A program made the translations under genes and the position numbers. Of a DNA stretch of 64,000 bases, positions 36,366 through 48,090 are shown one piece after another (the stretch's first letter is position 1; each line of letters starts with the position of its first letter). Below the pieces are notes generated by a model. It was not told the origin of the DNA and searched no databases. It saw only the letters and a list, made by a program, of their open reading frames with translations. This stretch comes from an uncultured Planctomycetota bacterium (GTDB lineage: Bacteria > Planctomycetota > Planctomycetia > Isosphaerales > Isosphaeraceae): NCBI GenBank assembly GCA_963823665.1, contig CAWGMQ010000008.1, forward strand, positions 1,792,001-1,856,000, in the 5' to 3' direction.

Positions 36366-36583
36366 TTGCCGGCTTCTTAGCCGCGGCGCGCGCAAATTCG
36401 CAGGTTCGATCGAATTGGTCGTTGCATGCGTTGCGACGTGAAAAAAATTCCAGGTTTTCTGGTCGACGAAATGGCTAAATCCGGGAAACCCGTCGCATAT
36501 TATCTGTAGCTCAAAGTCGATTGCCGACACTGGTGTCGGCGCGATGGGCACCCACGTCTCTACATCCGAGAATTGACACTGAT

Positions 36584-38860
36584 ATGGCCTCTGATGCACA
36601 AATCAATGCGAACCGGCGCAATGCGTTACGCTCGACCGGGCCTAAAACTCCGGAATCCCGGGCGAAAAGCGCTCGCAATAGTCGGAAGCACGGTATTCGG
36701 TCGGAGCGGGAGAAGCTCGCGCGGGAGGAAAGCATCGCGTATGAAGCGCGATACTTTCGCTGGTCCGCGCATTATGGGGTGGAGAGTGACCCCGAGGAGT
36801 TTCTATTAAATGCCAACCTGTTCCTGGCGTCCGACATGGATCGGGTGAGGGGTGCCTACCTGGAACTCACTCAAAGCCAGATCGACAATGCCGAGGACGA
36901 CGAGATCAAAGAGGTGCGCGAGACGGGCGACTTGCTGTTCACCGATTCACGAGGCGTGCCGGTTTCGTTGTATGGCACCCGTCGGTTTAACAACAAGAAA
37001 CCAGGGGGACCGTCATGGGGTAGCGAAACTGCGCCGGCGATCAAGCCCGACGAACTCATGCGCAAACTGGAATCGAGCGCGATGGGGTGCTACTGGATCC
37101 TTGAGGTTCTTGAGGAACTGCTGGAACGGGCTCGCAAACGTTTTTGGTCCTCCGGCGATCGGCTGATGATGCTACGGTTGCTGGGGCGGCATCCTGTCGA
37201 TGGCCCCACAGACCGGCGGGTCGCTGAGGTTTTCGCGGCGAGCCACGCGCTTCGGCCGATGGGCAAGCCGTTTGACGATCTGCTCAGCGATATGAACGAG
37301 CTGATGCTCGAGGCCCACGTGAAGGCGGTCGTGGCGTTGTGGCCTGACCTATCGCAGCGCGGTGAAAAGGAGAAGGCCAGGCAGAGCCTGATCGAGCTGG
37401 TGGAGGGCGAGATCGAGCGGGTGTGGGCCATTGCGGCGGAACATGACACCCATATCAAGGATGAACCTGCGCGGACGAGGCGACGCAAGGGATTTGTTTA
37501 TACCAAGGAAGCTGAGGCGATGCGGCGATGGTTCGCGCGCGCCAAGGGGTCGGTGGAGCGAGGGGGCAAGGTAATTCGGCAGGAGGTACGGGCGCGGAAG
37601 GCGGATAACCATGCGGAGACTTTGCCGCCGGTGCCTGGGAAAGATGTTAGCCCGTATGATGGGCGGCCGGCGGCCTGGTGGGCGGAGAGTGTGGGTGGCG
37701 GGAAGAAGGGAGACCTGCGGTCGCGGGGAGGGCGGGGTCAGGAGAACCCGCGCCCAACACGGCGGGCCGGGGCGGGATGTGGAGACTCGCGACCAACATG
37801 GTGAGACCCGCGCCCAACATGTTGACGGAGGGACGGGGCGGGAGAGTGGCGATCAGCTCGCTGAGTTTGGGGGGACGGGAGACCTGCGGTCGGGTGGAGG
37901 GCGGCGACCCTTCGGGTGCCTGGAGACCCGCGCCCAACACGCGGATGGGGAGGCGGATTCGGGTGAGTGTGGGAGCGGCGGGCCACTCGCTGATGGTGGT
38001 TCGGGCGCGGCGGTTGAGATTGGCCGTGAGGCTTGGGCGGGCGGCACACGGAGTGTGCCTGCTACTCCAATTAGTGCGGACGGCACACGGAGTGTGCCTG
38101 CTACTTCGAATGAGAAGCGCCGCGGGTGGGATTCGGTCGTGGTGGAGGAATCGGACGTTCTGACGTGTGGGGGGTATCTTCCGGAGAAGTACGTTCGCGG
38201 TGAGGGCGATGGCGGCCGTGAGGAGGAGGCTCCGGCTGCGCTTGAGGACGGGGTTCCGACTGCGATTGAGGACGAGGCTCCGGCTGCGCTTGAGGACGAA
38301 GTGCCGAGTCTTGAAACCTTGGGTTCCGAATCTGAGGACGCCAAGCGAGTCGACATGGATCTGAATGCAGGAAGTGTGAGTGAAGTCACGCAGGAGGGGA
38401 TGGCGGAAACGGTTGATCGGCGCGGGAGGATGGGCGTGCCGCGGGCGGCGACGAGGGTCAAACCGGTGAAAAAGCGCCGAACGAAGCCAATTTGCGTGAT
38501 GACGTGTGCATAGCACAACCTCAAGAGATTATTGGTGTTCCGACGAATTCCGGTCGTGATTCGGGACTTGACGGTTGTCAAACGAAGCCAATTTTGCAAA
38601 CGAAGCCAATTCCGGCGGGCGGTGCGGAGATGGGCGCATCTGGAGGTTCGACTCAGCCGGTTCGACGGGCATTGACGGATAACGAGAAACGGGACGCGTG
38701 GAAGGAGAGAAGGCGGCGGGAGTGGATTCGTGCACGTGCGGAGAAGGCGGCGCGGGAGCGGGAGGGCTTGGCGAGGTTGAATGGGGGCGTAGCGAATCCT
38801 GGGACGACTTCGTCGCCAGCGGGGGAAGCCGTGCCGCCGCACGATGTGCGGGGGCCTTGA
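36584..38860 (+). CDS. Hypothetical protein of the 'ANRRNA..STGP.T...KHG' family with low-complexity repeat-rich C-terminus (apparent indels near 37745 and 38491)
   Basis: MASDAQINANRRNALRSTGPKTPESRAKSARNSRKHG N-terminus; three TKPI motifs near the C-terminus. Removing an extra A at about 37745 and adding a T at about 38491 joins the three ORFs. Confidence 0.7.
37708..38105 (+). repeat. Cluster of intragenic short repeated/palindromic elements
   Basis: gggagacctgcggtcg x2 (about 37708, 37877); gaga(c/t)cgcg.ccaaca x4 (about 37742, 37782, 37803, 37923); cggcacacggagtgtgcctgctact x2 (about 38043, 38081). Confidence 0.85.
38220..38305 (+). repeat. 24-bp coding tandem repeat (EDEAPAAL-like), about 3.5 copies
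   Basis: gagga.gaggctccggctgcgctt units in tandem. Confidence 0.8.
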
Positions 38861-38882
38861 TGTGGGATCTTGTGCGCGGCGG

Positions 38883-39166
38883 GCGGATCACTGGCGGGCG
38901 GCGCCCTTCACCCCCCCTGGCCCTGGGCGGATCAAAAGCGGGCCGTATTGGCGAATTTCGCCGTGGACGATTCGGCGTTTTCTGTTGCGCGGCGGTTTGG
39001 TGCTGGCGGCCGCCGGGACGGACCCCCCCTGGCCCCCCCTTCTTAAGGGGGGAAGCTTGGCGCAACATTCGCGGGGGGAAATCTCCGCTCCATACTCTGC
39101 AAGTTTTCAACAGGCCACCCTGGCCCCCCTTTGAGAGGGGGGGAAAGGGACGTGTGGGGCTTTCTT
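38883..39166 (+). repeat. Palindromic element cluster right of the 36584 gene
   Basis: Direct repeat of the first half of 36283..36365, plus two cccccctt..aggggg hairpins (about 39023, 39117). Confidence 0.8.
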
Positions 39167-39259
39167 GATTGAGACGCGGCGGGGTATTCTCCAATAACTT
39201 CGGGCGTCGTGGAAACTTGAGGTTGGTCCAACGAGTGGGAGTATAGTAGACTTTTCCAC

Positions 39260-40965
39260 ATGAGATACCGCATGAACGGCGTAATGGTTGGTCGACTGCG
39301 GGAGCGGTGCGGCCGAATTTGGCTCGTCCTGGTTGTCGCTGGGCTGTTTCTGCTCGAGCCGACGGCTCGTGCGCAGAAGGCGGCGCGGAGCTCCGGGAAC
39401 GAGGCGGTGTCGCAGCGGGTTGAGGCGGTGCTCAGCACACCCGGGTATCAGAAGGGGCATTGGGGGGTTCTGGTCGTCGACCGCAAGACGGGCGAGGTGA
39501 TTTACGAACGAAACGCCGATCAGCTTTTCGCGCCGGCGTCGGTCACGAAGCTGTTCACTACGGCCGCCGCGCTCGTCGAGCTTGGGCCCGGGTACCGGTT
39601 CCAGACGCCCGTGGTGCGACACGGCGAGGTGGATGCGGCGGGCAAGCTGAACGGAGACTTGATTCTGGTGGCGTCGGGCGACCTGTGCATGGGCGGGCGC
39701 ACGGGTCCTGAGGGAGTGCTCCTGTTCAAGGACGAAGACCACACGTACTCCGGCGGTAATTTGAAGAGTGAAATCGTCGGGACCAATCCGCTTGCGGGAT
39801 TGGACCATCTGGCGCGCGAGGTGGAAGCCTCGGGAATCCGCGAGATTGCCGGCGATGTGATCGTGGATGACCGACTCTTCGCTCCGGCGCTTTCGAGCGG
39901 GAGCGGCCCTAGCCGGGTCAGCCCAATTCTGATCAACGACAACGTCATCGATGTTCTGGCGCGGCCGGCGGGCAAGGCAGGTGAGCCGGCAGTGGTCACG
40001 TTTCAGCCGGCGACACAGTTTGTTGCGGTCGACGCATTGGTGGAGACGGTTCCAGAAGGCAAGCCGGCGTCGCTCACGGTCGGGCGGATTGGTTCAGCGA
40101 AGTACGCGGTGCGCGGGCAGTTGCCTGTCGGGCACGGGCAAGTCGTCAAGATCGGCGAGATCGAGCAGCCAGCCTCGTTTGCCCGCGCGCTGTTCATCGA
40201 GGCGCTGCGGCGGCATCGAGTGCGGGTTACGGCGTCGCCGCTGGAGTCGAACAACACTGGCGGCCTGGCGGCGCGCGGCGACGTTCTCAAGCTGCCGAAG
40301 GTAGCCGAGTACACGTCGCCCCCGCTCAGCGAGTATGCGCGAGTGATCCTGAAGGTGAGCCACAATCTCCATGCCAGCACGCTGCCGCTTCTGATCGCCG
40401 CACATCATGGCGAGCGCACTCTCGAGGAGGGGTTGAAGCGCGAGGGGAAAATTCTCAAGGGCCTGGGACTGGAGCCGGGTACAGTCTCGTTCGGTGGCGG
40501 GGCCGGCGGGTCGCGATCGGATCTGGTCACTCCGAGGGCGACCGTCACGTTGTTGCGTGCGATGGCGACGCGACCGGAATTTGCGGCATTCGACCCGGCG
40601 CTGCCGGTGCTTGGCCGCGACGGGACCCTTGCCAAGTCGGTTGCAGCCGATAGCCCGTGCGCGGGCATGCGCACGCCAAGACCGGCACGTACTTCGTTGA
40701 GAACGAACTGGAGGGAACCACCGTGCTGACAAGCAAGGCGCTGGCGGGCTACCTTGAAACGGCATCCGGGCGATCGCTTGTGTTTGCCGCGTTCGTGAAC
40801 AACGTGCCGCTCGACGCACCGAAGCCCACGAAGTCGGTTTCCGACGCGACAGCGGAGGCCGGCCGATTGCTGGGCAAGCTGTGCGAGGCCCTTTACACGG
40901 ATTCAGGCGACCGAGCTGGGGAGCCGAAGGACAAACGAGCCGCGATCAGTGGTGCAGGTCGCTAA
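39260..40965 (+). CDS. dacB: D-alanyl-D-alanine carboxypeptidase/endopeptidase (PBP4, peptidase S13); apparent frameshift near 40658; start uncertain
   Basis: PASVTK (SxxK), KVSHN (SxN), AKTGT (KTG) motifs; signal peptide. Confidence 0.9.
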
Positions 40966-42992
40966 TCGTGCAGGTCGAGATCGCCGGGGCCGCAAACTGG
41001 GAGCGGTTCTTGAGCGTCGGGCCAAGGGCTCGAATTGGCGGCCAGTGCAGGGCGGCCGTGTGTGCGGCGTGTGCGCTTGCCGAAACGGGCCTCCTGGGCG
41101 ATGACTGCGGCGGCGTCAATCTCTTTCATCTTGGAGCGGAAGAGATCGAGCATGTGCGATTGTTCATGCGAGGCGACGAGATTGCGTTTTTCGGAAGGGT
41201 CGAGCTTGTGGTCGTAGAGTTCTTCGCTGCCGTCTTTATTGCGGACGTATACCTTGCCGCGATGGAGCAGGGCTCGAGCCCTGGTTGCGCTGGCGGGCGT
41301 TCTGCTCAATTCGTCGGAGGTCTCGGTGAGCAGAAATTCGTCAAGGGCCGGCTGCGCGGACCCGGGCGCCCAGCGGCTTGCGAGAGAGCGGCCGGGGAAC
41401 GGCGAGCGGCCTTCGAAGCCCAGGAGGTCGACGACAGTCGTGGGGAGATCGCGCAGGCTGACTGGCTCGGCAACGGTCGTGCCGCGAGGAACGGGCGTGG
41501 GGCCGACGACCAAGAGGGGGACGCGGGCCACTTCGCGATAGAGGTGCGAGCCGTGGCCGTAGGCGGCATGTTCGCCGTGCAGCTCACCGTGGTCGGATGT
41601 GATGATGATCAGGGTGTTGGCGAGGAGCTCGCGAGATTCGAGCGCGGCGAAGAGCTGGCCCAGGTGGTCGTCGAGGTAAGCGATGCCGTCGTCGTATCCA
41701 TCAATCGCCATCTGCAAGAGCCTGCTCGGGACCTTGGTCTTATCGACATGGAGCCAGTCGCGGAGCGCGGCGACTTCCTGGGGGGTCTCGGGCCGCAAGC
41801 CGAAGTGCCGCTTGGCTCCTGCTGCGGAAATATAGGGGTCATGAGCATCGTAGTAGTTCAAGAAGGCGAAGAAAGGCTGTCCCTTGGGCTGGGCTGCGAG
41901 CCAGGCGAGCATGTCGTGATTGATCGTTGCGGCATCCTTGCGATTGAAGTAGGCATACGGTCGGTCGCGGGTGAAGATCGAGGGAGCGATCCTCGAGGTG
42001 AGAAGCCTGCCCATATCGGAGCTGCGGAGAACCTCAACGAGGCAGACGGCGACGTCTTCGTAATGGAGGAAGCCGCGGGCGAGGCCGAACCAACGGTTAC
42101 AGAAGTAGGTATTGCCGACGAAGCCCGCGGTGTTGTAGCCGCGGTCGCGGAGAAACTCGGCAAGGGTGGGGAACGCGGTATCGAGGGGGTGATCGGGTCG
42201 GGTGGAGAGCTCGTAGGGCCAGCGACCGGTGAACATGCTGGCGTGCGAGGGGAGGGTCCAGGCGGCGGCCGTGCGGGCACTGTCGAAGCGCACTCCGCGC
42301 TGCGCGAGTTTTGTGAGGTTGGGCGAGGTGTCGCGCTCGTAGCCGTAGAGGCTCAAGCTCTCGGCGCGAACGGTGTCGAGGACGATGAAGAGAACGTTCG
42401 GCGACCCCGCGGGTGCAGGAGCGGGCCGATGCTCGGCAAACTTTTCGCGTCCAAAGCCCAGGCAGGCGAAGGTGGCCGCCAGCGCCAGGGATGCGGGCAA
42501 GCCGAACCGCACGAGACGATCAGCGCGGCCCAAGCGAGCCAGGAGCCGGTTTTTGAGCTGAATAGCCAGGCCGGCAGCGAAAGTCGAACAAGCGAGGAAG
42601 GACAGGCCGCGGAGCGTGAGCAGCACGGCGAGCGCGGACAAGAAGAAGAGCCCGAAGACACCGACGGCGCAGAGCCTGCGGGAGCGGACGAGGGCCGCGG
42701 CGAGCAGGGGAAGGCCAGCTACTCCGAAGAGGATGAGGTTGGAAACAGGGACCATCCAGTAGGCTTGCGGATTCAACTGAAGCGGGCCCATCGAAGTCGG
42801 GTTGATGAACTGTCTGCGGACGAAATGCATGACCAGCTCGATCAAAGCGGTGGCGAGGGCGAGCATCACCGCCAAGCCCAGCGCTGTGAGGGGATGGGGC
42901 AAACCGCCGCCGGCGCTCTTCGGTTCTGCGCGACTCGTGCGGAGGATCCGGCGGGTCAGGCGAGAGCCTCGTTCCAGAGCGAGCTGGGGCAT
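40962..42992 (-). CDS. Membrane-anchored sulfatase-like (alkaline phosphatase superfamily) protein
   Basis: N-terminal TM helices; PNVLFIVLDTVRA, WTLPSHASMFTG, DAHDPY, TSDHGE, HG motifs. Confidence 0.88.
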   Translation of the reverse strand: MPQLALERGSRLTRRILRTSRAEPKSAGGGLPHPLTALGLAVMLALATALIELVMHFVRRQFINPTSMGPLQLNPQAYWMVPVSNLILFGVAGLPLLAAALVRSRRLCAVGVFGLFFLSALAVLLTLRGLSFLACSTFAAGLAIQLKNRLLARLGRADRLVRFGLPASLALAATFACLGFGREKFAEHRPAPAPAGSPNVLFIVLDTVRAESLSLYGYERDTSPNLTKLAQRGVRFDSARTAAAWTLPSHASMFTGRWPYELSTRPDHPLDTAFPTLAEFLRDRGYNTAGFVGNTYFCNRWFGLARGFLHYEDVAVCLVEVLRSSDMGRLLTSRIAPSIFTRDRPYAYFNRKDAATINHDMLAWLAAQPKGQPFFAFLNYYDAHDPYISAAGAKRHFGLRPETPQEVAALRDWLHVDKTKVPSRLLQMAIDGYDDGIAYLDDHLGQLFAALESRELLANTLIIITSDHGELHGEHAAYGHGSHLYREVARVPLLVVGPTPVPRGTTVAEPVSLRDLPTTVVDLLGFEGRSPFPGRSLASRWAPGSAQPALDEFLLTETSDELSRTPASATRARALLHRGKVYVRNKDGSEELYDHKLDPSEKRNLVASHEQSHMLDLFRSKMKEIDAAAVIAQEARFGKRTRRTHGRPALAANSSPWPDAQEPLPVCGPGDLDLHD

Positions 42993-43010
42993 TCGCGATC
43001 ACTCCTGCGT

Positions 43011-43313
43011 TCAAGAATCCGATTCGTCCGCTCGCATCGTGGCGTCACTGTGACTCGCCGTGGCGTAGCCGGCGCCACCTGAATCTTGCTCGCCTTGCTG
43101 CTGGAGCCGGAAGTGAGGCCGGCTCACTCCGGCGATCCAAGCGGACGGCCGAAAGACGCGCTTGAAGGAACGAATGAAGAAACGCAGAGAGCCGCGGCCC
43201 AGCATCATGACGACACCGAGGACGGTGGCCACGATCGAGCCCACCGGTAGAAGCGTTTCGGGAGAGAAATACGCGAATAAAATGTAGCTATTAAACATTT
43301 TTTCAGCACTCAT
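43011..43313 (-). CDS. Small hypothetical membrane protein
   Basis: Hydrophobic segment after FAYFSPETLLP; directly upstream of and co-oriented with the sulfatase-like gene. Confidence 0.6.
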   Translation of the reverse strand: MSAEKMFNSYILFAYFSPETLLPVGSIVATVLGVVMMLGRGSLRFFIRSFKRVFRPSAWIAGVSRPHFRLQQQGEQDSGGAGYATASHSDATMRADESDS

Positions 43314-43495
43314 TTATGGGAAAAGGGTTATGCGAGTGATCTTTCTTACGGGCGCGGTACACGAACGGCTGGGCAGGAACACCGGCCGCAGGCGAACGAG
43401 TGAGCGTGGACGGGATTGCGCCCTTGGCTCGGCTCTTCTGGCGAGGAACCCGTCGCGAAAACTGGGCGTTTGAGCCGCGAATCGCGCAGCGAGTC

Positions 43496-43891
43496 TCAGC
43501 AGATCATGCGGCCGAGTGAGCGGAGCGGACCTTCGACGACGGAAGGCACGCGTCGCCTGATGCGGCCAGAGAGCGAAGGCTGTTCAACCGGCTGGGCCGG
43601 CGGTAGCGTGAACGTGAGCCCGAAGACCAGCGGCGAGCCGAGATCGTTCCGGCAGGCAGCAGCAACGCGTGACGCCGATGGAGCCGGCTCGCACACGTCG
43701 TCGGGCCACTCGTCTTGTTGCAGGGGCGAATCGAGGTCGGTCAGCCCCGGTGCGATCCGTTGCAGAGCCTGAAGGGAAGCAAGATCCTGGCAATCGGGCG
43801 CGACCGACTGGATCGCGAGCGCGAACAGCAGGAGCAGAAGAGAGAGTGAACGTGATGGCCTTCCGTGGCTCATAATTGCGCCTGCTATCAA
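43496..43891 (-). CDS. Hypothetical exported protein
   Basis: Signal-like LLLLLFALAIQS; co-oriented with neighbours. Confidence 0.45.
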   Translation of the reverse strand: MIAGAIMSHGRPSRSLSLLLLLFALAIQSVAPDCQDLASLQALQRIAPGLTDLDSPLQQDEWPDDVCEPAPSASRVAAACRNDLGSPLVFGLTFTLPPAQPVEQPSLSGRIRRRVPSVVEGPLRSLGRMIC

Positions 43892-44150
43892 TCCGCCCCA
43901 CTCCAGACGGCATTGCGGGAAAGCGGGTCCTTCCTTTCAAAGGCTATCGGCCGCCGGAGCCGACGGGCTCTACAAAGTTTGTGCGATTTTGTCCTTAATT
44001 AGTGTTAAGCCGCGGAGATGCGGAGATTTCCGGGCGGTCTGCCAGCGGCGCGATCGGCACCATCGCCGTCGAGGGAGTTTTCGGCGTTTAACTGGGTATG
44101 ATGGCGATCCAAGAGAGGACAGGTCGAATGAGCTGATCGCGGAAGAGAGG

Positions 44151-47100
44151 TCAGGAATCGATGCGATCGTGAGCTGCTGGTTCTCGGTCGGGCACGACGG
44201 CGGAGTGGAGTGGCGGGGGAACGCGTCCTGGGGGGTCGAAGCGATGGGGTGGAGTTTCGCGTTGGTCGTCGTCGCGGCGGTAGACCAAGGCGCGGGTGAG
44301 GTCGGCTGGAACGCGGTTGACGTGAAGCTCGTGGGTCGGGAAGGGCATCACGATTCCTTCGGCTACAAAACGGCGTTGCACCTCGGAGCAGAGCCGGTGT
44401 CGGACGTCGCCGACCAAACCGGGGTCGGGGACGAATGCATAGAGACCGAAGAGAAGGGCCGAATCGCCGAAGCCTTCGAGGGCGGCGGATGGCGCGGGGT
44501 TCAGCAGCACGTTGGGATCTTGGCGGGCGATGGAGAGGAGGAGGGTGACGACACGGTCGGGGTCGGTTCCGTAGGCGGCGCTGAGTTTGATTGCGACGCG
44601 AAGGATCTTGTCCTTGAGCGTCCAGTTGACGAGGTTGCCGGTGATGAATTCGCGATTGGGAACGATCATGCTCTGGTTGTCGCCGTTGACGATGGTGGTG
44701 GCCCGAATGTTGATGCGCTCGACTTTACCGGTGGTGCCCGCGACGGTGACGACATCGCCGATGCGGATTGGTCGTTCCAGGAGAAGAATGATTCCGCAAA
44801 CGAAGTTGGAGACGATTTCCTGCAGACCGAAGCCGAGACCGACGCCCAAGGCCGCGAGGACCACGCCGATCTTGGCGAGGTCGAGATGCACGGCCGAGAG
44901 TGCCGCGAGGGAACTCAGACCGAGGACGGCATACCGGCATAGAGTGACGACGGCGAAGCGGACGCCTGGGTCGTCGGGCATTCTGGGGAAGATTGTCACG
45001 GCGAAGAGGGTGCTCATGTATCGCCAGGCGAGCGCACCGAGCAACAAGAAGGTGCCGGCCTCGAAGATGTTTCCCCAGGTGACGGGGGCGGGACCGTCCG
45101 CCGACCAGACGGGCCTGGCCAGGAGGAAGCGGACGAGAGCCAAGTCGAGATCCCAGATCCAGGCGATTGCCAGCAGGGTCAGGGCGATCATTGCGTATGA
45201 GCAGAGGCGGAGGAGACCTGCGGCGAGATCTTCGAGGGGCACTGAGTCATCGACGGCGCTCGAGGAGTCGTCGGAGACTGCGGGCGCAGCGGTGAGCCCG
45301 CCGACGACTGCGCGGGAGCGGGAAGAAGCACGGAAAGCCATTGCCGAGGTCAAGGCCAGCGCCCAGGAGTGACTGGGCCGAGCCCAGCGCCAAGCGTTGC
45401 GGCTGATGGTCCGGCCGATTGCGCGATAGGCGAGGGTGGCCAGTGCGACGGCGAGCAGAGTCTGGGAGCCGCCGGCGGTGAGACGGCGGGCGGTAAAGCT
45501 ATAGCCGCGAACGTCGAGGACGATGACGGAGCCGAGAGCAGCGAGCGAGAGAGTAGCGACCAATTTGCGGCGTCGGCCGAGCCAGGCCAGACCTCTGTGC
45601 AACCTCAACGGGACGTTCCAGGAAGCGGGCGACCTTGGGGGTGGGGATGAGGTGTCTGCGTGGTCGGCAGAGGAGACGCTGGTGGCCATCCAGTCGAGCA
45701 ACGGCGACTTCCGCGAGAGCAGACGAACGAATGTTCCCCAGACCAGAAGCTCGTACAAGATGACGGCGAGACGGCCGAGCGAGGGGGCAGTGAACGGGCG
45801 CCCTTCAGGGGCGATCAACTCATGTTCGAAGATATAAACCGGCAAAAGCGACAAGAATGCAGCGACGAGAAGGAACCGGCCCGAGTGATGGAGCTGCGCG
45901 CGACGGACTCGGGGACCTTGAACAAGCGCTCGGATTCGGTCGACGGCCAGACGAGCCATCGCAACATATCACGAGCAAAGAATCCGATCGCGGCGGCGGT
46001 GAGAAGTGCAGAAACGAGGATGGCCAGGCTGCGGGGCCAAGGTGCGATCCTCGAGGTGTAGGCCAGCAGCAGGAAATACGAGGGCCAGAGGAACGCTCTG
46101 GCCAGCTTGAGAGCGAGCGATTGGAGGGCTTTCATCCGGTTGCTTCTCCCATTCCGCGGCGGATGAGCACTCCGAGTGCCCGGCGTAGTTTCACGAGACC
46201 AACGGGCAGGACCAGCATGGCGAGGGCGGTGACCATGAATTCACCGGAGGGCCGGGTCCAGAGAGCGGGCTTCATTGTTTCCGCTGCCAGCTTGAGGAGC
46301 GCCTTGAGCAGAATATTGAACTCACGGGCCCCCTGGACGAAGGTGCCGGCGGCGACTGGGTCCTGGTCGCGGACCCAGAAGATCTGGGTGCGGATGAAGC
46401 CGTATTCCTGGTCGAGGATCGTGAGGCGGCGAGCGATCTGTTGATGGGTTTTCGAGGCTTGCTCGGCGAGCTTCTCGAGGGCCTTCCGGCGGCGTACGAG
46501 GACTTCGCGGTGTTTGCGCTCGAGGTCGAGGAGGAGGGTTTCGCCGACCAACCAGCGCTCGGCGGAGACACGTTCTTTCAAGAGATCGCGTTCCAAGCGA
46601 TCGTGGAGTGAGTCCTGGAAGAGCTGGATCTCGACCTTGGTCAAGTCGTCTTCAAAGAACTGCAAGCGAGCTTCGACGAGGGCCATTTCGTTGCGGACCA
46701 ATCGCTCGCGCTCGGGCGCGATGCGTCGGAATTCGTTATTCAGACGGATCGCGTCGAGGCGGCTGACCTCGCCGTCGTCAAGGAGCTCCTTGATCTGAGC
46801 GAAATCCTTGTCGGCGTGGTCAGCCAGGGATTGCTGCTCCTCGAACGACGGCGTAGGGTTGGTTGCGAGGGCCTGTTCGATCTTGAGGACCTGCGACTCG
46901 AGCTCGAGCAACTCAGCCGTCCGGCGGGCGCGAAAGCGTTCGAGCGGATCGTCGGACGACTGTTCCTTGTTTTTTTCGTCGGCGGCATCGCGAATCAAGT
47001 TATTTTCCTGTTTTTCGGATTCGGCGCGAAAGTGAAGTCGCATTTGCTCGAGCGAGCGTTCAGCGAGCGAGATGTGGGCGTGATACAGATGACCCTGGAG

Positions 47101-48090
47101 CTCGTGGATTCCGGTCAGTTTGGCCTCAAGGGCGATCTGGGCTTCGATCACCTTGAGCCTGAGGGATTCGACTCGAACCTCCCACTGATGATTGACGAGT
47201 TTTTCCTGGGCGAGGCGACCGTCGACCGCGCTGCCGGCCTCGGCCGCGGCTTTTTCGTATTCAACGCTCTTGGCGGTCAAGCTCGTGACCAGCTTGAAGA
47301 GATTATCTCGCTCGGCGGCGCGTGCCTTATTCTTGGTCTCGCGATCGGTGCGAGCGCTTCTGAGGGTCTCGATCTTCCTTTTCCATTCACCGAGCTCGTG
47401 CGTGGTCGCATCAATCGAGTCTTTCAACTCGGAGACAAGAGCCGAACGGTCTTTCCCGGCGGATTTGTGAAATGCGGCAGGCAGCATTGTGTCGGGATGT
47501 TCGTCGGCTTGCTCGAGCACCGCGTTGACCTGGCTCAGCTCGGCCTGAAGCTGCTCGGTCTGGCGCTCGGGGGAGAGTTCGGGGCTGATCGCTTTTTTAA
47601 GAGCCAGCGTGAGCTTTGCGTGCTCGTCGAGCAATTGCAGCCTAGTCTGGAGGAGCTTCTGGAGCGGCTGCTGGACGACGAGATCGCTCGCCATCGCGGA
47701 AAGACCGGGCGATCGCGCCGGCGCGTCGGCCTTGGTGGCGGCCGAATCGGACGGGGCGTGCGCGGGGTCGGGAGCCGGTGCGGCACCGAGGCCCCTCAAT
47801 CTTTCGATCGTCTCGGCGCGCACCGTGGCCGCCTCCGATTCCGACGTGGAATTGCTCGAGGCCGCCGGAGTTGAGGGGGCCTGAGCTGGGGGTAGCTGGG
47901 AATTCACGGGGGCGGCGAGCGACTGGCGCTCCTGTCCGCGGCCGGTCGAGCCGAGGATGATTCCGCCTGCGATCAGGGCGGCGACGACGCGCTTCAGGAA
48001 GTTCTCACCGACGCGTGGCCGGCGAGCGAGGGTTCCCGAGAAGGCCGTTGGGGCCTTCGTTCGGAGCGAATTGCACGTTTCCCTTGGCAT
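44151..48090 (-). CDS. Large MscS-family mechanosensitive channel (MscK-like) with periplasmic coiled coil; split near 46140 and 45960
   Basis: ALGVGLGFGLQEIVSNFVCGIILLLERPIRIGDVV...INIRAT...IVPN core; upstream fragments give signal peptide, coiled coil, IFWVRD and TM helices. Confidence 0.88.

Noticed and set aside
37708..38105. CRISPR-like repeat-spacer array
   Set aside because: Mixed repeat types, irregular spacing, only 2-4 copies each.
40881..43082. 733-aa plus-strand ORF and other long antisense ORFs (e.g. 7036..8520, 20017..21414, 33215..34390)
   Set aside because: Shadow frames opposite well-supported genes in high-GC DNA, with no recognisable motifs.
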